Source: a bacterium (lineage in GTDB: Bacteria > Patescibacteriota > Minisyncoccia > UBA6257 > JAUSGH01). From it: DNA of 64,000 nt. Location: positions 1,454-65,453 of the forward strand of contig JAUSGH010000019.1 in the NCBI GenBank assembly GCA_030649055.1, in the 5' to 3' direction. The position numbers and the translations under genes are program-made. The notes under the pieces are model-generated. The model ran no database searches and was not told the DNA's origin. It saw only the letters and a list, made by a program, of their open reading frames with translations. This document shows positions 56,142 to 64,000 of this stretch, in pieces (the stretch's first letter is position 1; every line of letters starts with the position of its first letter).

Positions 56142-56549
56142 ATGATGCTCAGGCAGTCGTTGGCGCTGTTTGCCGTCGGAGTAGCGGCGTTTGTCGGGAT
56201 TTTGGCCGCGTTGAACGCGGCCGACGAGAAGACGAACGGCAAGGACGTCTTCTTGAAATACAAGTGCGACAACTGCCACTCGGTTTCCTCGGCCGGCATC
56301 GAGGGGAAGAACAAGAAGATGGTCGCCCCCGACCTTCTTGACGTGACCGCGCGGCACGAGGCGGAATGGATTCCGCGTTTCATCCGCAAAGAAGAGGGCG
56401 CCGGTCATGTCCGTTGTGACAAGGTCCCGAAGGAGCGCGACGGCAAGCCGCACATGCTGAAGTTCGCGGGAACGAAGGAAGAAGAGGACGCGCTTCTCGC
56501 ATGGTTTGCGGAGCAGCGGACAAAGGAGGAGGAGGAGGAGAAGAAGTGA
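56142..56549 (+). CDS. monohaem c-type cytochrome (CxxCH), secreted, with E/K-rich tail
   Basis: Signal peptide, KCDNCH haem-binding site, downstream Met candidates. GAGGTG SD-like motif upstream. Confidence 0.5.
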   Translation: MMLRQSLALFAVGVAAFVGILAALNAADEKTNGKDVFLKYKCDNCHSVSSAGIEGKNKKMVAPDLLDVTARHEAEWIPRFIRKEEGAGHVRCDKVPKERDGKPHMLKFAGTKEEEDALLAWFAEQRTKEEEEEKK

Positions 56550-56684
56550 GTTGCTGACCTTCGGTGTGTGCGATGGGCTTGCCTGGCGGCAGGCCCATTT
56601 CTTTTCGCGATATCTTCCCACGCTATTGTGCGCGGCACTCGTGGTATACTTGTACACATGTGACCGCGACTTGTTTCTGGCGGG

Positions 56685-57416
56685 ATGAATATGGAAAAAA
56701 ACGAACTTATTTTTCTTGATACCGAAACAACCGGCAACGACGTTGCGAATGACCGGCTGGTTGAAGTTTGTTATAAAGTCCCAGATGGAATACATAAGGG
56801 ATATTTCAAGCCGCCTCTACCGATGTCGGTTAAAGCCATGAGTATCACAAACATTTCAAACCGGATGTTGATGGATAAAGAGCCGTTTCGCGACAGCCAT
56901 TTGCGCGCCGACCTTGAAGCGCGTCTCGCAGAGGGGATTTTGGTCGCGCATAATGCCAAGTTTGACTGCGCGATGCTTGAAGCTGAAGGGCTCTCTGTTC
57001 CGCGGCGTATTTGCACCTTCCGCGTCGCAAGACACCTGGATTCGGAAAATCTCATCCCGGAATACAACCTGCAGTATTTGCGGTACCAGCTTGATCTTGA
57101 TGTTCGCGGCGCGGGTGCCCATGACGCCAAAAGCGACGTGAAGGTGCTTTACGCGCTCTTTAATTGGCAGCTCAAAGAAATGAAAAAGGGTGGGCTCACG
57201 AAAGCAAAAGCGATTGAGGCGATGCTGGATGTTTCTTCGCGGCCAACGCTTTTCAAGCTTTTCCCGTTTGGAAAATATAAGGACAAGAAAATTGAGGAGG
57301 TGGTAAAAACCGACCGCGCGTATTTGGAATGGCTACTGAATAAAAAGTATGAAGAGGGCGGGACGGACGAAGACTGGATTCACACGTTGAAATATTATTT
57401 AGCTCGCGTACTATAA
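56685..57416 (+). CDS. DEDDh 3'-5' exonuclease (DnaQ-like) with C-terminal extension
   Basis: Exo I IFLDTETTG, Exo II LVAHNAKFD, Exo III HDAKSD. Confidence 0.7.
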   Translation: MNMEKNELIFLDTETTGNDVANDRLVEVCYKVPDGIHKGYFKPPLPMSVKAMSITNISNRMLMDKEPFRDSHLRADLEARLAEGILVAHNAKFDCAMLEAEGLSVPRRICTFRVARHLDSENLIPEYNLQYLRYQLDLDVRGAGAHDAKSDVKVLYALFNWQLKEMKKGGLTKAKAIEAMLDVSSRPTLFKLFPFGKYKDKKIEEVVKTDRAYLEWLLNKKYEEGGTDEDWIHTLKYYLARVL

Positions 57417-57432
57417 TATATTTTGGATATTT

Positions 57433-58461
57433 ATGAGTGATACGACGCACACGCAGGCAAATGCGCGACGGGGATTAGTTATTCCTGCCGTGTTATTTTT
57501 TGCCGGAGCCGCGGTCGGGATTGCCGGCGGATACACGTTTGCGTTATCCGGCAACACCGGCGTGACATTTGGCGAAGATTTATATCAGCAACATCAGTAT
57601 AAATTTATCAATCCGCTGCTTGCATGTAATGCGACCGATGCGGTGACTTCGGCAGAATTTCGCCCGCTTGAGTCAGAGTTAAAAAGCGCGATACAGCGGT
57701 TAGCCGAAGGATCGGGCGCTACCGTTTCGTTGTATTTTAAGGAATTAAATAGCGGCCATCAGACCGCGATAAACGAAAATACGCGGTACGCGCCGGCGAG
57801 CTTGCTGAAGGTTCCTATTATGATGGCATTCTATAAAATCGCGGAATTCAAACCCGAAATTCTCGCTCGGACGTTGACGTATGCCGGGAGCGTCGATTTA
57901 AATCTGGAGGAAAATTTTATGCCTGACAGGTTTATTCAGCCCGGGAAAACATATACGGTCGCCGAGTTGATTGAATATATGGTTATTGATTCCGACAACA
58001 ACGCAATGATGCTGCTCCGAGAGGTGATTGATGAATTGGCGCTCAATGAGGTGTTTATTGATTTGGGGTTGACGGTGCCGACCGTGGGAGATGATCCGGA
58101 TTTCATCAATGTAAAAAATTACTCGCGTTTTTTCAGAGTATTATATCACGCGACGTATTTGAGCCGTGAGAGTTCGGAAAAAGCGCTGGAGCTTTTGACG
58201 CGGGATAAACCGTTTAAAGGCATTGTCGGCGGCGTGCCCTCGGACGTAACGGTCGCGCAAAAATTTGGTGAGCGGGGTTTTGTGACGAGCTCGGGTGATG
58301 TTACCGATCGTGAACTTCATGATTGCGGCATTGTCTACGACCCGGATGGTCCTTATCTGCTCTGTGTCATGACGAAGGGAAGAGCGAGTTTTGAAAAGCT
58401 CACGGATATTATCCGGAAAATCTCAACCGTTGTGTATGAATATCGTCGGCGCGGCGCATGA
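57433..58461 (+). CDS. class A beta-lactamase-like serine hydrolase
   Basis: Signal/TM, then PASLLKV (SxxK), DSDNNA (SDN), KFGERG (KTG-like). Confidence 0.6.
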   Translation: MSDTTHTQANARRGLVIPAVLFFAGAAVGIAGGYTFALSGNTGVTFGEDLYQQHQYKFINPLLACNATDAVTSAEFRPLESELKSAIQRLAEGSGATVSLYFKELNSGHQTAINENTRYAPASLLKVPIMMAFYKIAEFKPEILARTLTYAGSVDLNLEENFMPDRFIQPGKTYTVAELIEYMVIDSDNNAMMLLREVIDELALNEVFIDLGLTVPTVGDDPDFINVKNYSRFFRVLYHATYLSRESSEKALELLTRDKPFKGIVGGVPSDVTVAQKFGERGFVTSSGDVTDRELHDCGIVYDPDGPYLLCVMTKGRASFEKLTDIIRKISTVVYEYRRRGA

Positions 58462-58488
58462 CGCTTCGCGCTGTGTTATGCTGAACAT

Positions 58489-58758
58489 ATGATGGAACTA
58501 CAACATAAAAAAGTAGCGCTGACGTTCGGTGTGTTTGTCGGAGGGTTGCACGTGGTCTGGAGCGCGCTTGTGGCGTTGGGTTGGGCACAGGGGCTTTTAG
58601 ACTTCATCACCACGCTGCATTTCATTAATAACCCCGTTGCAGTCGGACCGTTTTCGTTCGGCATCGCGGCATTGCTCGTCGCGGTTACGTTTGCCGTGGG
58701 TTACGCGGTCGGTTGGGTGTTCGCTTCGGTTTGGAATAAGATGCATGCGCAATCGTAA
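58489..58758 (+). CDS. small membrane protein
   Basis: 89 aa, 2 TM. Confidence 0.35.
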   Translation: MMELQHKKVALTFGVFVGGLHVVWSALVALGWAQGLLDFITTLHFINNPVAVGPFSFGIAALLVAVTFAVGYAVGWVFASVWNKMHAQS

Positions 58759-58768
58759 GGGATTGGCG

Positions 58769-60445
58769 TCAGTTAACGGTGAAGCGGTATGCCTTAAAGG
58801 CGGCGCGTCCCGCGTCGTCAGCCGCGGTGAACTGCGGGTTATTTTTGTTGGCGATAAATATTTTTTCAATATTTTCCGCGGCCCCGACATGCGCGCGTTT
58901 TAATGGCGCGCCATTCTCGGCTTTGACGAAATACAACGCGACATTTTTAAACATCGCGGTGTTACCGGTTTTTTGCGCCTCAAGAAACACGCTTGCGGGC
59001 ATGATGGGAATGCCGTGGTAATATTGTCGGCGGCTGAAGAGCCAGAGCATCGGGCCGACGGCAAGGTTGTCGTCGTAAATGATGCCCGAGGGAGGAATCG
59101 TTGCCGGAATGTTACGCGCGTATGTTTGTATGACGCTGTCCAGTGTCGGGCTCGGGTGGCGGGGAACATTTACCGGTCGGGCGCTGCCGAAGACGCCGTC
59201 CAGGTACCGGTCAAGCTGTACCACACCGTAGTTCGGCGTATCGGTGAATTGCGCCTTAACAGTGAACACGGTTTCGCTCGCGATGATGATTCCCAGCGCT
59301 ACCGTGAGTACCTCTCGTTTTGGAAATCGCTCGGTGCATCGGAGTATGGCGAATGACGCGAGTGGAATGATTGAAATAATGTATAGCGCGGTGAATCGCG
59401 GAGCGGAGCCGACGGCGATAAGTAAGAACGTGATGCTTGCGCCGGTGAAAAGTACGAGTGACAGCGCGTTTCGCGCCTGCCTACCGGTAGGAATGGCGCG
59501 GCGCGCGCCTGTCGCAAGAATGACGCCCGCCGTTCCGAGTATCAGCAGTAACGGCGAGTATAGCGCGCGGAGATTCATGAAAATACGCGAGAAGGACTCT
59601 TGTGTTTTGCCGGAATCACCCTGCCAATACGGCGGCATTTTTCCGAAGAGATATGAGAATTGAAGGTCGAAATGGCCGAAGGTTTTGTAAAGCATGATGT
59701 TGTAGATGACGACGGGCGCGAACAGTATGGCGGCGAGCAGCGCCGCCGCGTACATGCGCCAATTTTTAAACAGTGCCGGCTGTTGCAGCGCGATGACTGC
59801 GAGATACGCGGGCATGAGAAAAATTCCGACATATTTGGTGAGGAGTACCAAGCCGAACGTCGCGCCGAACGCAATCCAGCGGCGCGGGTTTTCCATAAAT
59901 CGCAGGAAGGTTAGTATGTTCAGGAGTGAGAGCGCGATAAGCACAGACTCCATCATTGCAAGTCGTGAAATAAAAACATGCGCAAAATTTACGCTGATGA
60001 GCGCGGCGGCGATAAGGCCCCCGATGGACATCGGGGAGAGGCCGTTTAACGTCAGTTCGGGGAAAATATTTTTGAATAATCTCCGGACGACAAAAAAGAT
60101 GAGCAGTATTGACGCGATACCGGCAAGCGCCGAGGGGATGCGCGCGACGAGCAGTGAGTCGCCGAGCATCGCGAAGCAGATGTGCTGAATCAGGAAAAAA
60201 AGCGGCGGATGGTCGTGGAACGAAAGTTTTGTCCACCACGGTAGCGGGTTATTCTCGAACCAGTGGACCGGTGTCGGCTGGGCGGCGCTTTCAAGGTAGT
60301 CCAAATATCCGATGGAGCGGAATGCGTAGAGCCCTTCGTCGAAGGTTAGTTCGGCGGAGCCTAAATTCCAGAGCCGGAATCCCGCGCCGATGATGACGAT
60401 GCCGATGAGCGCGATGGCGACGCGATGTTTTGCGAAGAAGTTCAT
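58769..60445 (-). CDS. GT39/ArnT-PMT-family glycosyltransferase (dolichyl/undecaprenyl-phosphate sugar to protein or lipid)
   Basis: N-terminal FRLWNLG, DEGLYA, HPPL motifs. About 11 TM. Confidence 0.65.
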   Translation of the reverse strand: MNFFAKHRVAIALIGIVIIGAGFRLWNLGSAELTFDEGLYAFRSIGYLDYLESAAQPTPVHWFENNPLPWWTKLSFHDHPPLFFLIQHICFAMLGDSLLVARIPSALAGIASILLIFFVVRRLFKNIFPELTLNGLSPMSIGGLIAAALISVNFAHVFISRLAMMESVLIALSLLNILTFLRFMENPRRWIAFGATFGLVLLTKYVGIFLMPAYLAVIALQQPALFKNWRMYAAALLAAILFAPVVIYNIMLYKTFGHFDLQFSYLFGKMPPYWQGDSGKTQESFSRIFMNLRALYSPLLLILGTAGVILATGARRAIPTGRQARNALSLVLFTGASITFLLIAVGSAPRFTALYIISIIPLASFAILRCTERFPKREVLTVALGIIIASETVFTVKAQFTDTPNYGVVQLDRYLDGVFGSARPVNVPRHPSPTLDSVIQTYARNIPATIPPSGIIYDDNLAVGPMLWLFSRRQYYHGIPIMPASVFLEAQKTGNTAMFKNVALYFVKAENGAPLKRAHVGAAENIEKIFIANKNNPQFTAADDAGRAAFKAYRFTVN

Positions 60446-60446
60446 A

Positions 60447-62150
60447 TCAGATGTTCAGACGGAAGACGTTGAACACCGTAACGCCCTCTGCGTTTTTTAT
60501 TTCATCTACCGGAGCGGCTACGCGCGCAATTTCTTCCGCGGCACGCGTGCGCGCGTCGCTCGCCGGTATTGCCGTCATGACGCTTTCGTTTGCTGCCGTG
60601 ATGATGGTCACATCCGTAAACCCGAGCGTGCGGTAGAAGCCCGCTCCTTGCCCGCGCATTTTTTCCGAAAACTGCGTCAGTGAATGGATCGGCGCGAAGT
60701 TGTACAAACGGCGGCGTTCAAAAATCCATACCCACGGGAACCATTGCATGCGGTCATCAAAAATCAAGAGGTGTGTTTGGATTGGTTGCGTGGGATTCTT
60801 CGCGAGCGCCGCGCGGATGCGTGATTCTTGGTACGCGGCAAGCTGCGGCTCTTCGGAAAAAATGACGATGGTGGAGAGTTCGGGGTGTTCGGCGTAGAAG
60901 TTTTTGACATATGACTCCAGCGCCGCAAATCCCGTGAACGCGGGGCGGTTTTTCGCGAGAAGGAGGGGATTCGCGATGAGCGGCGTCGGCAGAAGCTGGC
61001 TTTGCGCGGCAAAAATAATCTCCCATAATCCCGCGAGTGTTACGACGGTGATGAATAGCACCCTTGTTTTATTGTTCGCGGCGGCGGATTGCCATAGCCG
61101 GGTTGTGCCGATGCCGACAACGAGCGTCACAAACGGCAAAAGTACCGTTCCGAAATGGTCGTCGCCGGAAGTGATGCCAAGCATGACCAGCGCCCAGAGC
61201 CCGCCGAGTCCGAAAAGCGCATATGTCGCGCGCGTTTCGGGGCGTTGCCATGCACGCATCGCGGCCGCGGCAAGCGCTGCGAGTAAGAGCGCGATGAATC
61301 CCGCGCTTGCATTGCGGATGCCGAGTGATGCCGCCACCGCGGCGATATTGAAATTTTTTGTTGCTACGCGCGTCAGAACCTTAAAATCTTCCGGGTGTTG
61401 CCCCGTGAGCGTTGAAAGCGCCGCGTCAACATGTCCGCGCGTGCGGAACATCATCATGTTGTAGATGATGATGGGGGAGATGAGGATGAGTATTGTGGCG
61501 CACCCGGCGTAGAACCATTTTTCTTTCCACGCTCGTCGCTGCCACGCGAGTAACGCGACGAGGAACACCGGTCCCATAAAGAGGAATGTGTATTTGGTGA
61601 GCAGTCCCGCGCCTACGCACGTCCCCCACCACAAATAATTTTTCGGGGCATTTTTTGCTTTGATGAAAAAGTATAGGGCAAAAAGAATTTCCGGAACGAG
61701 AAATCCTTCCAAATATCCGATGCGGGAAATCCAGATCGCGTAATTTGAAACCGCGAGTGTCGCCGCGGCGACAAGCCCCGCTGTTGTGCCGGCCGTGAGC
61801 GTTCCTAAAAGGTATGCGCCGTATATGGCAAGTACGCCTGCGGCGACAAACGGTAATCGCGCGGCAACGGCGTTATCGCCGAAGAGCTGAAACGAAATCC
61901 ATTGCGTAATAAAAACGAGCGGCGGCGCGTCGTGGAAGGAAAGTGATTGCCACCACTGCGAGGTTGGAAACCAGGAGACGGGCGTGGATTGCTTGTTGGT
62001 TGAGGCGACGTAGTCAACGTAGTCGACAGAACGTAGCGAATAGAGCGCGTCGTCTGATGCAATGTCGGGAAGCGAAAGATTCCAGAGGCGGAGTCCTAAT
62101 CCCAGCGCGAGAATGCCAAGGAGTATATATATGGTAGCGTGGCGGTTCAT
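60447..62150 (-). CDS. GT39/ArnT-PMT-family glycosyltransferase, tandem paralog
   Basis: LRLWNLS...DDALYS...FHDAPPL and the same architecture as the downstream gene. 1-nt gap between them. Confidence 0.65.
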   Translation of the reverse strand: MNRHATIYILLGILALGLGLRLWNLSLPDIASDDALYSLRSVDYVDYVASTNKQSTPVSWFPTSQWWQSLSFHDAPPLVFITQWISFQLFGDNAVAARLPFVAAGVLAIYGAYLLGTLTAGTTAGLVAAATLAVSNYAIWISRIGYLEGFLVPEILFALYFFIKAKNAPKNYLWWGTCVGAGLLTKYTFLFMGPVFLVALLAWQRRAWKEKWFYAGCATILILISPIIIYNMMMFRTRGHVDAALSTLTGQHPEDFKVLTRVATKNFNIAAVAASLGIRNASAGFIALLLAALAAAAMRAWQRPETRATYALFGLGGLWALVMLGITSGDDHFGTVLLPFVTLVVGIGTTRLWQSAAANNKTRVLFITVVTLAGLWEIIFAAQSQLLPTPLIANPLLLAKNRPAFTGFAALESYVKNFYAEHPELSTIVIFSEEPQLAAYQESRIRAALAKNPTQPIQTHLLIFDDRMQWFPWVWIFERRRLYNFAPIHSLTQFSEKMRGQGAGFYRTLGFTDVTIITAANESVMTAIPASDARTRAAEEIARVAAPVDEIKNAEGVTVFNVFRLNI

Positions 62151-62356
62151 GTATCTTATGATACGGGTGTTTCATGCCTGTTGCCAATATATATAGATAG
62201 AAGGGACCCTGCCGGCGATGTGGCGCGTTGACGGCGACGTTTTATATATCTTATATTGAGGACAGCACTCGGTAACTGATTTCACTGTGGAGGTGAGCGA
62301 TGTATCGTCGCAGTGCGGAACACGAAGATAGGGCAGAGCGTAGTGCCGCGACTGTC

Positions 62357-63151
62357 ATGGATCATTGGAAGATTTCCAAGGATCCTGTGGTGCCGCGCAT
62401 TTGCGTTGTGCTCGGAGGAGCCGGCTGGGGAGATGTGTCCGTCATGCAACCGGAACGCTCCTTTTTCCTCGTGCCCACCGAGGACTACAATCGTAGGCCG
62501 ATTCTCATGGCCTTCTCGGGGCTGAAGGAGTTGTCGGATCACAAGCGCGTGGTGGAGTACGGTCACGTGTCCGGCAAGGAGGTGCTGATATTGAAAGGCC
62601 GCGTGCATATCAATGAGGCGCTGGCGCATCCGGAGTATGCGTTTTACGCGCGGCTGCAGATTGAGATGCTCATCAAGATGGGGTGCCGTACGTTTATCCT
62701 CACGAGCGCCGCCGCGAGCTTCCGCGAAAACGTGAAGCTTGGCGACATCATTGTTGCAAGCGGATTTTCGGGACATTCTGCTCCGAACATGCCGCTCGAG
62801 GCGGACGAGAAGCCCGAACCGGAGCGGGTGTTGGACCCCGAACTGCAACATCTGGCGTGCGAAGTGGGGAAGAGCGCCGGACTTCGGATTTACGGAGGCG
62901 GCGTGGTCATGGTGCGTGGCCCTTTGGTTCCGACACTCTCGCATGACGTGAATCATTTGTGCGATTCGGGCGCCGATGTCACTGTGACAAGTATCCTTCC
63001 CGAGGCGACGTTCGTGGCGCTTTATCCGAATACGCGGGCGGTGGGGCTCTCGTCTGTTTCCATCGCTGCCGACGGGACGAAGTACGTGGCAACTCCCGAA
63101 TACACGGCGAAGCGCGGCGAGCTGCTCCAAAACATGATTGCGGGGCTGTAA
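62357..63151 (+). CDS. purine nucleoside phosphorylase/MTA phosphorylase-family (PNP_UDP_1) protein
   Basis: ORF 62300..63151 trimmed to MDHWK. LILKGRVHINEAL resembles GRxHxYEG. Also GCRTFILTSAAASF and VALYPNTRAVGLSSVS. Confidence 0.55.
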   Translation: MDHWKISKDPVVPRICVVLGGAGWGDVSVMQPERSFFLVPTEDYNRRPILMAFSGLKELSDHKRVVEYGHVSGKEVLILKGRVHINEALAHPEYAFYARLQIEMLIKMGCRTFILTSAAASFRENVKLGDIIVASGFSGHSAPNMPLEADEKPEPERVLDPELQHLACEVGKSAGLRIYGGGVVMVRGPLVPTLSHDVNHLCDSGADVTVTSILPEATFVALYPNTRAVGLSSVSIAADGTKYVATPEYTAKRGELLQNMIAGL

Positions 63152-63305
63152 CGACAACGTAGGCGACAACAAGGGGGCGGAATCCGGATTCGGACCGCCC
63201 TCTTTCTTTTTCTGGTTTTGTCATTCGTTCATTCCCTCCAAAGGCGGGCAGGCGCGCGAATGAACGAATGACGGAGTCGGCAGATAGGTCAAATTTACGT
63301 TTTTC

Positions 63306-63917
63306 ATGAATTTGCATCATAATAAAACTATGTCCGGTCTCTCCGACATGATGAAGTTTATTGAGTTGACACACCGCTTGCAGCAGGTGCGGCGGACGAT
63401 TTTTGTTAATCACGAAGAGAGAAATGAAAACGACGTGGAGCATATGTACCAATTGGCAATGGTTAGCTGGTATATTATTGAACGCGAAAAGTTACCGCTT
63501 GATATTCCGAAAGTCCTTCGTTACGCGTTGGTTCATGATGTTGTAGAGGCCTACGCGGGAGATACGTATTTTTATAGCGACGATAAGGATGATAAAGCAA
63601 GGCGCGAGCATGCCGCGGCAGAGCGGCTCAAAAAAGAATTTCCCGAGTTTCCGGATTTGCATGAATGCATCGAAGCGTTTGAGCGCCGTGAGGACGCGGA
63701 GAGCAAATTTGTCTACGCGTTGGATAAGGTGATTCCCGTCGTGAATATTTATATGGACGGCGGTCGCTCGTGGAAGCGTGACGGCGTGACATTCGTGGAT
63801 GTGCTGAAATATAAAACCGATAAAGTGGCGGTGTCTCAGGAAGTGAAGGTATATTTTGATGAACTTGTAGAGCGTCTCCGCGCGGAGGAGACGTCGTTGT
63901 TTCCGAGGAAAGCATGA
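63306..63917 (+). CDS. HD-domain phosphohydrolase (YfbR-like 5'-deoxynucleotidase)
   Basis: ENDVEHMYQLAMVSW...LVHDVVEAYAGD, the H...HD...D metal ligands. Confidence 0.7.
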   Translation: MNLHHNKTMSGLSDMMKFIELTHRLQQVRRTIFVNHEERNENDVEHMYQLAMVSWYIIEREKLPLDIPKVLRYALVHDVVEAYAGDTYFYSDDKDDKARREHAAAERLKKEFPEFPDLHECIEAFERREDAESKFVYALDKVIPVVNIYMDGGRSWKRDGVTFVDVLKYKTDKVAVSQEVKVYFDELVERLRAEETSLFPRKA

Positions 63918-64000
63918 GGAGCTGTTAGTGTTCAGTTGTTCCACTTTGCCGCATGCAAAAGATGAGATACATCGCATTGACGGCGCAATTTTTTTATGCG

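Overview
This is a 64-kb chromosomal window from a small, moderately high-GC (~55-60%) bacterium whose features look like Candidate Phyla Radiation / Patescibacteria. The main landmarks are below.

- **16S rRNA (~7743-10478):** it carries expansion segments and a ~1.07-kb group I intron at the GGATTAGAT|ACCC site that encodes a double-motif LAGLIDADG homing endonuclease. The 3' tail reads GGATCATCTACAT instead of GGATCACCTCCTT, so the canonical anti-Shine-Dalgarno is absent. The gene sits behind a textbook TTGACA-17-TATACT promoter and is not followed by a 23S gene.
- **tRNA (32962-33240):** its anticodon loop is split by a ~207-nt group I intron that contains the R (GAGACTA) and S (GATATAGTCC) core elements.
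- **Type IV pilus locus (10.8-19.7 kb):** response regulator, pilin, putative prepilin peptidase, PilB, PilC, two minor pilins, a secreted GWAW-DAIGWISF repeat protein, and a PilM-PilN fusion.
- **Housekeeping block:** fba, an N-terminally truncated RF1, L25, L31, pth, lepB, hisS, a HIT protein, S21, YqeY, YbeY, ftsA, ftsZ and class II RNR.
- **Secreted/surface proteins:** an SLT-domain protein, a Kazal-domain protein, a giant Cys-rich repeat protein, an Ig-like repeat protein, a C39-like peptidase, VanW and an FG-GAP protein.

Unexplained structures also stand out. These are a family of 8-9-bp GCAAMRAA / AACGAAGC tandem repeats at gene 5' ends (one inside a signal-peptide coding region), four copies of a 36-40-bp perfect palindrome that each swallow a TAA stop codon around a TspO / PAP2 / ArsR / GreA cluster, a heavily structured 425-bp ftsA-ftsZ spacer with its own terminator, a hicBA pair whose hicA carries an in-frame TGA, and low-GC islands.
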